A stretch of DNA of 55,307 nucleotides, filler included, from Trypethelium eluteriae (lineage: Eukaryota): NCBI GenBank assembly GCA_051942245.1. It is 4 parts of 4 records of this genome, joined end to end, with 100 filler letters (N's around TTAATTAATTAA, not from the genome) between each part and the next. Parts side by side here need not be neighbours in the genome. Positions count along the whole stretch, not along the records: positions 27,738 to 41,474 come from JAVECL010000718.1; positions 41,575 to 55,307 come from JAVECL010000719.1; 2 more parts are not named here. One strand, given 5' to 3'. Shown here piece by piece: positions 39,062 to 51,000 of this stretch (its first letter is position 1; each line of letters begins with the position of its first letter). A program made the translations under genes and the position numbers. The notes beneath the pieces were generated by a model. It ran no database searches. It worked only from the letters and a program-made list of their open reading frames with translations, and had not been told where the DNA came from.

Positions 39062-39598
39062 ATGGCTTCCGCTCAGTACCTCTCAAGCCCGCATAGCGGT
39101 GATCTCCAGGCCTTGAAGGGCCTGGCAATTGCCGGTAGCCTCTGGAACGCCGGTTCGATGACCACAGCCTATCGCCTTCTTCCCTCCATCTACCCATCAG
39201 TGCAAACTTCACGGGAGCTCGCTACGAAGCAATGGGCTTTCTACTATCAGGCTCTCTCGAAGACAGTGCCGGTGACGGACCTGGCTACAATCCTTATCTG
39301 CAGCGGACTCGCGTATGTGGAGCGCAAGAAGAATAAGGCAGCGCTGGGATGGAAACTTTGGGCGACGGCTGCAAGCATCATGCCTTTCGGCTGGGTCTGG
39401 GTGTGGACGCTCATGTTGGAGCCTTCCAATAGACTTCTCTCGATCTCCGAAGCGCAAGAATCTGTCGTGGACGAGAAGGAACCCGAGCCGCTCAAGGCGA
39501 TAAGCCTCCTGAAGGAATTCAACTCGCTTATGGGGGTCCGGATGCTGTTCCCTTGGGTTGTGGGTGGTCTTGCTCTGTGGGCTTCGTTGAACGAGTAG
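39062..39598 (+). CDS. DUF1772 / anthrone-oxygenase-like small membrane protein
   Basis: ATG 39062, 178 aa with four hydrophobic helices; LAIAGSLWNAG..LLPSI..LATKQWAFYY..W..WTLMLEPSNRLL..LLKEFNSLMGVRMLFPWVVG follows the DUF1772 pattern (QW..Y; M.P.N..L; L..W..L..VR). Confidence 0.75.
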   Translation: MASAQYLSSPHSGDLQALKGLAIAGSLWNAGSMTTAYRLLPSIYPSVQTSRELATKQWAFYYQALSKTVPVTDLATILICSGLAYVERKKNKAALGWKLWATAASIMPFGWVWVWTLMLEPSNRLLSISEAQESVVDEKEPEPLKAISLLKEFNSLMGVRMLFPWVVGGLALWASLNE

Positions 39599-40524
39599 AG
39601 GAGTATCCCCGGAGAAACCATCATCCAAGATTGGACGGGAGAGGGTACTTCATTGTGAACTGGTGATTTGATCGTTATCTTTCATGTTTTCATAGGGGTG
39701 ACTTGTACTTTCGGAGCAGAGACCAATTGAGAAGCCGAGACTATTTGTTAATCAACGGCGCACTCCAATCATGGCTAACGACTATGACATGAAATTTGGG
39801 CACAATCGTTATTCATGTCCGCAATTCTTTCTGCAAGACCTTGTGCAGGAAATTCCCAAGCTCAGGATTGTTTACCAATCCCTCGAGTCTGAAAGTAGAA
39901 AAGGGAATAGGCGAACCTGTTGGGTACCTGTGGATATATCCCTGTAGTTGGACATCTGGTTACTGAGAGTGAATGTAGGCTTCACAGCAAGCGGATGGAT
40001 GTTAGATTCAGCAATCCGTCATATATCAGCACTTGTTAAATGCATTTCTTTTGAAGTTAATAATTGTTTATATGCAGATTGAGTTCTGTAGGATCTACAT
40101 GATACGTCTAAGGGCTGTAGCAGTGGTAGTGCGTTTGTGTACTAGTCCCAATGCGGTTACCGCTGCCATGGCTCTCCAGAGCAACTTCGAACTCAACACT
40201 TCTTAACACCACCGTCTTGTACCGTCGGGTGTTTGCTGACAGCAATGCTTAGATCGAGGACTTAGAAATGGACGAAGGCTTCGAATCGATAGAGTCGGAG
40301 TAAAACTGATAGTAAGTTGGACTTTTCGATTATCTTCAGAAAGCATGATGACAGAAGCTGGGGCCATAAGAGTCCTTTCACAGGAAAGAGCAATGCTTCA
40401 AAGCCAGCTGATACAATCTTCTCAACCTTGTCTGACAATTTTATCATACTGATAAATTTTATCTTGCCATTCTATAGAGCAAGCTGACAGTCATTAGGTA
40501 TGGCACACTCATAAGAACTAAGTA

Positions 40525-40704
40525 CCTTATCGCGGCTGGGGGGTTCCTCAACTGCTAATTAATACAATGTATTTCAGTCTAACTGTTATGACCATGTTGG
40601 CCCATGTAAAGGCGGCGTTAACATGGACCAACAAGGTCATAACGGTAAAGTCGAAATGCCATTGTATTAATTAGCAGTTGAGGAACCCCCCAGCCGCGGT
40701 AAGG
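40525..40704. mobile_element. 180-bp foldback element / putative MITE with TA target-site duplication (Tc1/mariner-type signature)
   Basis: Left end CCTTATCGCGGCTGGGGGGTTCCTCAACTGCTAATTAATACAATG matches the reverse complement of the right end at 44 of 45 positions; imperfect pairing continues to the centre; flanked by TA at 40523-24 and 40705-06. Confidence 0.8.
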
Positions 40705-40969
40705 TAATCCGGAGGGAGGTCACATGAAGCGATTTTGAGAAGTCGAGAAGTTTTCATATCCTTAGTGTCATGAACTTGACTCGCTCTAAAGTACAAGTCT
40801 TATGAATTCAGTCTGTACACGAGAAAATTAAAGCAGCGCAATATAAAGTAGAAACCAGAACAAGAAGCCAGCAAAGCTCAATAAGACAATCTCACAGATG
40901 CATCGAACCCATTGCTAACGCCTCCATGCCTATGCCACCTCCGCTCATCCACAACTCTTAGTCCTCGCA

Positions 40970-41474
40970 CTACAAGGCCGGCTTGTGCTCCTCGCAGACA
41001 CGGCACAGCGTCTCCACCTTCTCATCGCTCCCGGCACGCACCATCAGACTCGTCAACCCCCCATCCGCATTCACCACCGCAATCTGCGCCGTCTTCCCCC
41101 TCACCTTCTTATACGTAACCTCCTTCACCAGCCTCGAGTTCACCACCACCTGCCCCTGCCCCGGCGTCCGCATCAACAGCCTCACCACCTCCGTCTCCGC
41201 ATTCCGCAGCACCCGCAACGGGCCCTGCCCACGATTCGCCCACCCGGCAACCGTCTTGCCGCCGTGTCCGTCGTCCTCGCCGCCCTTCTTGTACTCCATG
41301 ATCTTCGCCGTCGCCTCGAACAGCACCTCTTCGGAAGCTGCCTCCTCGGCCGTCAGCGCGCTGAGGTCCTGCTGCTTCTGCTGCGGCTGCTGCGTCGTGT
41401 CGGTGGTGCCAGAGGCGACGGAGCCGTCGTCTGACAGGAACGCGGTGTCCGACGCGGCGACGCTGGCGGTGCCG
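40970..41474 (-). CDS. C-terminal Ran-binding (RanBD/RanBP1) domain, probably a Nup2-like nucleoporin; 5' part lies off the contig
   Basis: EEAASEEVLFEATAKIMEY..GWANRGQGPLRVLRNAETEVVRLLMRTPGQGQVVVNSRL is a RanBD consensus (W..RG.G.LR.L..R.LMR..G.V..N); frame open up to the gap. Confidence 0.75.
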
Positions 41475-41574
41475 NNNNNNNNNNNNNNNNNNNNNNNNNN
41501 NNNNNNNNNNNNNNNNNNTTAATTAATTAANNNNNNNNNNNNNNNNNNNNNNNNNNNNNNNNNNNNNNNNNNNN
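41475..41574. other. Artificial contig spacer N44-TTAATTAATTAA-N44
   Basis: 100-bp spacer, linker at 41519-41530. Confidence 0.97.
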
Positions 41575-42004
41575 GGAGGAGGGGAAGGGAGGGAGGCAGA
41601 GGGAGGAGAAGAAGAGGCAGTGAGGATGGTGGGAGTGAGAAGTTAAGAGGTTCGGAATTGGGTGCTCGTCGAGTTTGGAGTGGATGTGACTTTTTATCCA
41701 ATATCATCTATTATCTGGAGAAACATTACACTTATAGAGAGGCCTGCAAGATACAAGGATCGGGTTCTATTGTTCCGATCTTGAAACTGTCTATCCAGGT
41801 TAACATTTACAAAAATTCGAGCCCTTCCGGATCCCCCTTCTCGCCCAAAATTTGGTTCATATGCACCACCTCCATGGCGGACACCGGCTCAAAGAGTTGC
41901 ACCGAGCCCATGATGTTAAATGAAGCCTGGTAACTCCATCCACATCTGTGCTTCTGATGACAAGAAGTAAATTGTAAATAAACCAAGGAAACTGAGGCAA
42001 TCGT

Positions 42005-45000
42005 TCAATGGTCGTAGATATCAACCATGATAGGCCAATCACGCTTTATCATCCTTCCCCCAGTACTAGATGTCGACGAAGGCACAACGCTCGCAGAAGT
42101 ACTTCCGCTCGCACTCAGAAGGGTGGTACTGGGTGCAGAAGCTGGTCCCGAAGAAGCCACAGAAGTCGCTGAGGCCGTTGTCTTGCTCACAGTACTTGAA
42201 ACCGCAGAAGTTGCTACTGCTGACGAGGTTGTAGACGGAGAGGTCGTAGACGGAGAGGTCGCAATAGGCGCACCTCCTTGCGCCGCTAGGGTCGAATTGT
42301 ATTGGTATAGATTTAATCTGTTCCCCGCACCACAAAGCTCGGTACTGTTGCCCGGACATGGCATGCTGCAGCTCGAGTTAGTTACGTTGGTCGTGCCATG
42401 CTGGAGCGTATTCCCGCAAAAGCATTCCTGACCGTACTCAACGCCGAAGAAGGTGTAGCCTTGGCAAGTTACGGCGCAGAGCTCTTCCGTCATGTTCTTG
42501 GTTGTTGGACTACCAAAATATTGCTTGCCAGAGAGCGCCCGGGCAGCAGAAGAATCGTTGTAACAAGCGACGTAAGAGAAGTTGCCGATGGCTGGATTAG
42601 CTGTTGGGGTTACTGAAGTAGTGCCTGCCTTAGAAGAAGTAGAGGATGTTTGAGAAGTTGTAGATGACGAGGGACTTTGAGCAATAGTGGAGCTTGAGAA
42701 AGTGCTAGATGAGCTCGGTACAGATGACGTCGTAGAAGACGCAGAGCTTGTAACGCTCGACGTTGTTGAAGATGAAGTACTGCTCGGACTTGCGGCCGAA
42801 CTTGTCTGCCTTGAGGCTGCGCTCGAAGATGTCGAGCTGGACGATATTTTACTAGAAGGGGATGTACTCGAGGGGCTCGGACTCGTCAATGTGCTCGAAA
42901 TTGAAGTACTCGTCGTTGGTTGGGAAGTACCTGACGTACTAATTGATGATAGCCAATTCGAAGTCGCGGACGAGGAAGAGGCTGAGGAAGATGCTGAAGC
43001 GGATGTTGTTGTGGATGACGAGGTGGTGGTAGACGTCCCACTGCGAGCTCCAGTGCTGGACGATATTGAGCTTGTAGAGCTACTCGTCGCTGATGGAGAT
43101 GTGGAAGAGCCGCCACTTGTGCTATTCACGCTAGAAGTAGAGGTGGAAGCCGGACCATTGATACTGCCAGTACTACTAGCAGTCTTTGATGAAGCACTCG
43201 TGATAGTCGAGGAGCTTGTCGACTTCTGATATACATTCAACCGATTGGAGCCTCCGCACAGCTCGGTCTTGTTACCACCACAAGCCATGTTGCAGTCGTT
43301 GCCATTCGATGCGCTCGAGATGACAGATCCCGCGCCGATAGCGTTGGCACAATAGCACTCAGCTGCATATTCGACCCCGAAGTACGTGTATCCAGTACAG
43401 AAAACAGCACAATTCTCGATCGTCATATTCTTACCATCGCCGTAGCTGTTACCACTGAGAGCGCGCGAAGCGACAGAATCATTGTAGCAGCCCAGCGAAC
43501 CGAACCCGGCTGCAGAAGGAACAGTGACTGGTCCGGTGGGTGTTACACGTGTTACACTCGTTGTGGAGCTCGTGCTTGGTCCTAAGCTGGTACTCGAGGC
43601 AGTGTCTGAGACGTTAGTAGAACTGCTAACGGAAGTTGAGCTTGATCCCGTCGTGCTCGTTGTAGGTAACAACGATGACGAGGACGAAGCTGAAGCATTG
43701 GGATTTGGACCGTACATGCTCAATCGATTTGGCCCACCACAGAGCTCGCTGCTGTTTCCTGCGCAAGCCATGTTACAATCGACATTACCATTAGCAGCAG
43801 AGAGGACAGATCCAGCTTGCAGCGAATTTCCGCAATAACACTCGTCAGCATATTCCGTTCCGAAGTAAGCGTAGTTCTTGCAGGCTGCTGCACAGGACTC
43901 GATAGTGATAGTATTGCCTCCTGTCGCTGGACCATTCAAAGCTCTTGTTCCGACTGAGTCATTGTAGCAGCCAAGATATACGAATTGGCCCACCGTCTGA
44001 TGGTTAGTTGGAGCTCCAGGAGTCGAAGTGGGTGCACCATTGCTGGCAGTGGTTGATGTAGATTCTGCAGTTCCGTTGCTTTGATACATATTCAGCCGAT
44101 TTGGTCCACCGCAGTATTCCGTCGAGTTCCCTCCGCAGGTCATGTCGCACAGAGTGACCGTAGGGTCACTACCAGCGACAAGATTCGAGCCAGCATTCAA
44201 TGTATTACCACAATAGCACTCGTTCGCATATTCTACACCGAAGTACACGAAGCCGGCACACTGTGACGCGCAATATTCGACTGAGCCTCCTGCTTGCGGA
44301 GCTGCGGGGGCTTTACCCGAGAGCGCTCTACCATTCGACCCCTCTGAATAACATCCAATGTAATTGTAGCCTTCGACTGACTGGAGGATCTGAGGACCCC
44401 CTCCAGACCCTGAAGGCTGAGTACTTGACTGATTATAGGTTTGATTGGTTGGCGTGAAGACACTAGAGTCGTAATATATGCTGATGTAGCCCCCGTTACC
44501 TCCGCAGGCTTGGGAGACATCTCCCGGGCATGAGAAGGTGCATTTTTCGTCTGACTCGAGATGATATTGGGAACCTGGCGGTGCGTTATGTCCACACCAA
44601 CATTCTTGATTATATTCCGTTCCGGCAAATGCATATCCTGCCTTCAAGCAGGCACTCTGGCACTCCTGATTGGTGTTGTTCGTTGTGTCCACGTACGGTT
44701 CGTTTGGAAGAAGCCTTGTTGGCAACGTATCAGCGTAGCATCCGAGGTAGAGATATCGCGCACTGCCATTTGCATATTCTGGCCCCACAACTCGGTCATG
44801 AACTACGCCTGTCATCTGAACGACGTGAACTCCGAAAGAAAGATCATTAACATTGAGAGTCCACGTGTTAGTGTCGGTGAAGTCAGGAATATTTGGTGGC
44901 TCGGGACCAGGGTTGAATATGACGTCTCCGTAAGCGCAGTCTCCCACCTGGATAGCTTGACTCTCATGTAGGTCGATGCCATAATTCACGGCTCGAATGT

Positions 45001-48000
45001 CACCAAGAGGAGGTTTACTCTTGGAGATTAACAGGACAGAGCCGCCAACGTTGCAGATCCGGATCTGACGAGTTACATTACCGCCAGGTGAGACGGTACC
45101 AAAATCCATTAGTAAGTTGCTATCAGGAAGCCATCCGCCCTCGCCATTGCTGATGCTGAAGTTCGCCTTTGGTGCCGTGGAAGCCTCACCCTCAAGGATG
45201 GTAAATTGATTGCCGCCATCGCTATAGACGAAGAAATAAGAAAGGTAGCTTCCTGTTCCGTTGACTGCCTTGAAGGTCGTTTGCACAGATATAGATTCAC
45301 CGGGCTTAACTACGCGACCTAGCGGCGGTAGTGAGGCAGTGAAACCGAGACCGAGATCCCATGTGAAATTTGAGGCAGATTCGGTGGAGTTGATAAAATT
45401 CGCATCATCATCGTCCACTTCATCGTAAGTATACGCGTAACCGAGAATGGTCAAAGCGTCCAACCCAAGATTGGCAATGGTGAAAGGCAGTACGCTTTGA
45501 GGATCCTCTCCGCTGACATTTAGGACCAAACCACCGAAATCGACGGTATTAGGAGTGACTGAAAGGTATGCATTCTGAGAAACCTCATTGCCAGTTAGAG
45601 ACAGTGGAAATGAGGTCGTGTACCCTTGCACAGCATTTGTGGTAAGGATCGTAAGAGGAGTTGTCTTGATTCCTGGAGAGGTATTTCCAAAACTGGCATT
45701 CTGTTGGTTTGAGACAACGGTCGTGCTGAGATTCCACGTCACTGGAAAGGAGAATGATGTCCCCTTCTTCACGGCTCCCTGGGGAAGAGAGGCATTGGAG
45801 ACTTGAAAGCTATTGTCACCAACCGTCACGCCATTGATCGAGGTTACATCGATTAATGCTGTACAGTTAACCCTGACAGTGGAAGCAGAACCCAATGCAA
45901 CATTGCCGAAATTGACTGGTGACGAACAGTTTAGTGGTAGGTTCACCGGTGATCCCAGACAATATATTATGCCATTTGCATCTGTTGTATACAACCTTGT
46001 ATCACCGAAGGTTGGTCGTTGGAATTTATTGATTCCTCCAACCTGCGGCAAGTTGATTCTCTTCATGCTACCATCTGCTTGAGGGACGGCATACCAAGCG
46101 CGAAGTCCGGCATCCGGATCGGTCACCCACAGAATGGCAGAGCCAGGTTGACCTTTGTTGGTTGTAATAGTAGGAACGCCTGCGCCGACTCTTCCTGCAG
46201 AGCCTTCTGTAGTCTGACCGACTCCCGCGAATACAGGGTTACCGCTCGCATCGGATGAGAGCTTGTAGACATAAGTGGGGTAGCCGATGGGTGTCGCGTA
46301 CATATAGCCTCCCTCAAGGGGGTATGACCCCACAGCACCGAAGATAGACTTATCAGTCACTATTGTCTGCACAATGCCGTCAGTTTGGCCTGGACCCTGC
46401 TTGTAGCCCCCAAGGTTGTCTGCATTTAGGACGTATATCTTGCCGTTCTTCCCCGCCGTTATTCCAAGACGATTGACGCTTCCGCCATGGAAGGTGTTTG
46501 GATCGAGTAAAACGATGCCTCCTGAGCCAAAGTCTTGATCGCCGCCGTCCATATTAGTATAGTCGTAGGGCTGGAAATAGTCCACCAGGTTCAATTTCCC
46601 TGACGAGGTATCGATGCCAAGGTTGACGGCTGCCTCGCCAAGGGTACGACATCCGCTGCTACCAGATGCAGGAGTTCCTTGGTTTTCTCCCCCAACCCCG
46701 TTACCGGTAACGAAAAAGAGACGATTGCCATCTGACGCCAGTCCCATACCGCTCATCCATATTCCGGCTTGTCTGAGTCATGGTTAGCAAGGACATAAGA
46801 TTGTTCTGTAAACTATACCACTTGTACACATGGAAAGTAATAGCAGTCGCCGGGTCTGGCGGATGAGACTTACCCGCCACCAAGATTCTGTTGCCAATTG
46901 GTAGTGAAGCGACTGTTCGGGCCAGATTCCGTTGCAAAATTTGTAATGACTTTTTGCTGAGTAATATCAATACCAAGCACGGTCCCCGTATAATTGAACA
47001 AGTCGCAATGGCCTCCAAATCCAGCGTAGACGTAATTGCCTACCTTGAGTAAAGATGGCCGTTGAAGGATGGTTCCGCCGACGAAGTATTTACGTGGATC
47101 GTTATCGGCAACTGATCCGTCGACCAGAAGGGGAAAGCCAGGAACGTCTTGCAAAGTGTTAACGTTGACGGCGTAAAAATAGTATACGCCATTGAAAGTG
47201 CCAGTGTTGCCAGGCGTACGGAAGTTTGGGATATACGTCTTTGCGTAAAAATATGCGATATCAGTGTTAGGATCAATAACGGGCGTTCCGGTTATACCGA
47301 TCGTATTTGGAATATCCGTACAGCCGATGTCCGATTGCAAAAAAGGTGTCCGGACTTGCCGGCTATTAATAAGTGCTCCAGTCTTCGCATCCAGCGTTCT
47401 GATCCAGTTCTGAGAAGACGCAAGAAATACGATCTGGTTACTGCCGGCCGCTGACGGGGTGTAGACGAGCGGTTTCGCGTAGAACTATCAACACATTAGG
47501 TATTTATGGGCCAATATCCCCTCAGCAAGACGTGCAAGCCCGGTTGATACGGTCTGTTGCATCCGGAAATGCTTTGTAGGAAAAAACAGAGGGAATGGTG
47601 TGAGTTGCCAAGGACAGTCTTTGAAAATGTCTTGAGCATTACTTTATGTATGATGACTCAAAACTGTGCAAATCCGCGTAGAGCTGTATAATAGACGCAA
47701 TCATGATTATTCGAGTCTCAAGATACAGATCGACGAAGTATCAGTGATAGAATGACCGATGCTGGCATTGTCACACCTCATGCGGATAGCTATTTGGCAA
47801 GGGACGGCATGAAATAAGAAAACAGCGGTTCATACCTGTTCCTGCGGATTGAAAGGGATTTTCCATAAGAGACCAAATTCCGGAGAGTCTACGACCGCTG
47901 GATCCATGTTGTGATTATCATAATAACTGGTCTGACCAAGATCGGAGTCTCGGTACTCATCCGTAGGGCCAGACGTGAGCGCGCGATCCAAAAGGACCGC

Positions 48001-48036
48001 GGCGACTATACCGATGCGAAGAAGCGACAGGATCAT
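42005..48036 (-). CDS. Large secreted protein: signal peptide, PQQ-like beta-propeller, Ig-like repeats, five WSC carbohydrate-binding domains and Ser/Thr-rich linkers
   Basis: ATG 48036 (MILSLLRIGIVAAVLLDRALT); introns ~47835-47487 and ~46873-46770; IGITGTPVID, LQRPSLL, DQDFGSGGIVLL and GKNGKIYVL propeller motifs; five repeats of GCY.[DE]..R.L..C..C..[FG]G[TV]EY..EC.C..C.M.C.G..CG..NRL..Y. Confidence 0.88.
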
Positions 48037-51000
48037 GGCGAGCAGCCAAAGCAAAAATAGGTAGGAACTCAAAGGGATCTTGGTACGCCCCCTTTTTCAC
48101 CCGCAGAAATGTTGGAGGGATAGAAAACTTGCGGAGAAGAGGCTCAAAAGCATCCCGTATCTTTATATACTATGGAATCCGTACAGCGCATTACGGAGTA
48201 CCATGGACTTTGGTTAGCCTATTGGCTTCGCCCGGGCGCTTGTGGTCTGTCGTCGATACTGTTGACCAGAAAGGAAAACATCGTTTCGCTTACTTGCTTT
48301 CCTGCATCGGCATAGCGTAGAGTCGAATATTGACTCGCAGGCCTTCTCGATGCATTCCCTTGTATTTGGGGGTGCTCAAAATGGCAACTCACCAACGACT
48401 GCTGCGGTACACGCTCTCCCCACGGTGCGCCACAAAATTTTCTGCATAACAAATGTGATATGCCACGCAGGACATGTATTGGTTCAGTAAACCACGAGCA
48501 TACTTTCTTCCCACCAAGCACCGCATGGACCAGATCGTGGAAGCCGGGAAGTCTGAAAAAGCCCATGGCTCGCAAGTATACGACGTTGTGAGGTAATCGA
48601 GGTAGTTCTGAAAAATGGCCTTTCCACACTCGCTATTGGATGCAATGAAAGACTGTGACTACCAGCACAGAGCTTCCATGTGAAACCCATCATGGTCAGG
48701 CCAAAAGTTTGGGCTGATGTAAGGGGAAGAGTTCTAGGCCCAGCCTCATGGACGCGGGATGAAGTGGAAGGTTTATCGTCACTCTCACCGGCAGTATCCT
48801 GGAAGAGCTCAGCAAGGTGCTTACTGGAGTCGGATGAACGCAGGTGTCAGCGAGGCGCATCCTATCTGGTAGATCACCGTTGAAAATTGTGAGTGATCAA
48901 CCGGAAATGGACCGATGCAGTCAGCATCAAACGTCGATTGGTCTTTGAAGAGAGCTGCAACAACAAAAGAAATGCGGACGTGGGGCTAGATCCAACCAAC
49001 TTGGCGTGTCAGGCGCTTCGTATCTTCAGCCAGAGTGTCGAAGAGCAATGCAGAAATGCAGCACAGCAAAATTGATCCAAAAAGCATTTGCGCGTTCTCG
49101 ACTCTGCAATGACCTTGAGATCGTGAAACATTCGTCACACGATGTGCAAAAACGCGTGAGGCAATTGAAGTAGATGAAGATGAGATCGCCGTTAAGATGT
49201 TCAGCCTTGTACAAAGTACTCTAATCCGCACTCTAGAGATTTGCGCAGGGGCAGTACCGGCAGGGACTCTATCAGTATGTACTAGTTTGGTGGCGGATGT
49301 ACTAATGCGAACTCATGGTTGGTACTTGGTGGTTTGGTGGTGTCGTCCTCATCGGTCAAAAAAGCTCCGAAAATCAGATTACTATTATTAGCTTCCATCC
49401 AGAACGGCAGGACCCTTCCCATCTCCCGGATTTCGCTCCTCAGTCAAAGCCATGAAGTAAGGTATGTAGTCGGAGACGACTGAGCTCAGCGCTACCTATA
49501 TTTGGGCCTCGGTACCAGGATAGCAGAGGTAATAAAGTTCATTTCCAGTGGAGACGAAAATCTATATCCTCATCTACTTACCCAAAGCCCCAAATCTCAT
49601 TTTGAGGAGTCCTCGTATTTCTCTTCTTGGCCATTTCTAGATTCTTGGCGCAAAAGAACCTCACTAATTCCACACTGCACGATACACTAGCTATGGCTGC
49701 AACGCACGAATTCCCTCCAAGAGCCACTTGACAGTGCCACTGGCCGGATCCAATTGGCGAGATTCTGCCAACTACGGTAGTTAGCCAGGCAAAAGCAAAG
49801 CGGAGGGGAGACTTATAAAAAAAAAGTGGCAACCTCTCTCCCCAAGTGGGAAGAGAGGCAGCATTTAGGGCTGCACCATAGCTCCCCCGCCATCCACATA
49901 TTTTCACAGTAAATCCGACTAATTTGGAATCTCTCTGATCCGTCAGGATAGCAGCACTGCTCTAGAAAACCGTCATTGCCTTCGTTCGCGAGACGAAGTC
50001 CACACACCGCGCCCTCAAAGCCACCTCGTCGAGAGTAAACAAAGCCAGCAAGGGGAAAGGCACAGCGAACAGACAAGCCTAGGCTTTGAGCTCCACATGC
50101 GTAGAGTCCCGTTCAAGCGTTTTCCGCGATGCCGATAAGTCTTGTCTTTTTCAAGTAGGCGCTAGGATACGAAGGTAAACCCACCAGCAAGAGGCTAGTT
50201 TAGTCCGACAAAGTGCTGCACTCCAAAAGAGGCCAAATTATTCGAGCCGACCATAAAAAATGGGATTGAGGGAGAGCCAAATGAGCGCTAACCAACGACC
50301 TTCCGCCCCCTCATCATACATTTCGAGCCTATTCGACTTCACTGACATTCCCCTCCCCGCATCAAGTCTTCCAATACTCCTCAGTTGAGTTCGTAGTACC
50401 TCAGAAGTCTGCTTTCGTCGAGTCCTCATGCTCTGCTTTTGGTTTGTGACGCAGTCCTCTCAGAGACTAGTCTTTGTTTCCTCTCCGCAAAGTTCATCGT
50501 AGTGGACTGATTTTGGAGGGCATTTAAAGAGCGCACAAAGGAACATCCTCAAAAACCGCTCTGGTCTCCCTTGCAAGGGGAGGAAGTAAATGCATAGGTA
50601 TGAAGACCTACGCAGATACGGTATATTCGGCGCTCATCGATCGACTAATATGCTAAACATATCAGGAGACGATTGACGCGGCTGGTCCAACAACGCTTGT
50701 AGCGTCTACACTGGTGGCTGTTGCCGAGATGTAGGCTCCCCGGCGTCTGTATCCAAGTTGTATTCAAGTTGAGCAGAATGTGTAAATGCTAACACGCAGG
50801 TTGTACGGGGCTTCTCTTCGCCGTCCTATCAACTTGTAGCAGTCAAGATGTCGCTCTTGTGCTCGGCCGAAACTGCATGCTGGCGTACTTGATTGATCTT
50901 GCGATGCTAATTGCGCATTTGTTCGAGTGTGCGGAAGCTGGTAGATTTTGACTGCACGACACTCCTCGTCTTCTGTGTGGAAGCTCAGAAACATCAGTCA

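Noticed and set aside
42027..43838. Val/Glu/Asp-rich plus-strand ORFs (134, 180 and 104 aa)
   Set aside because: Antisense shadows of the Ser/Thr-rich linkers of the WSC protein.
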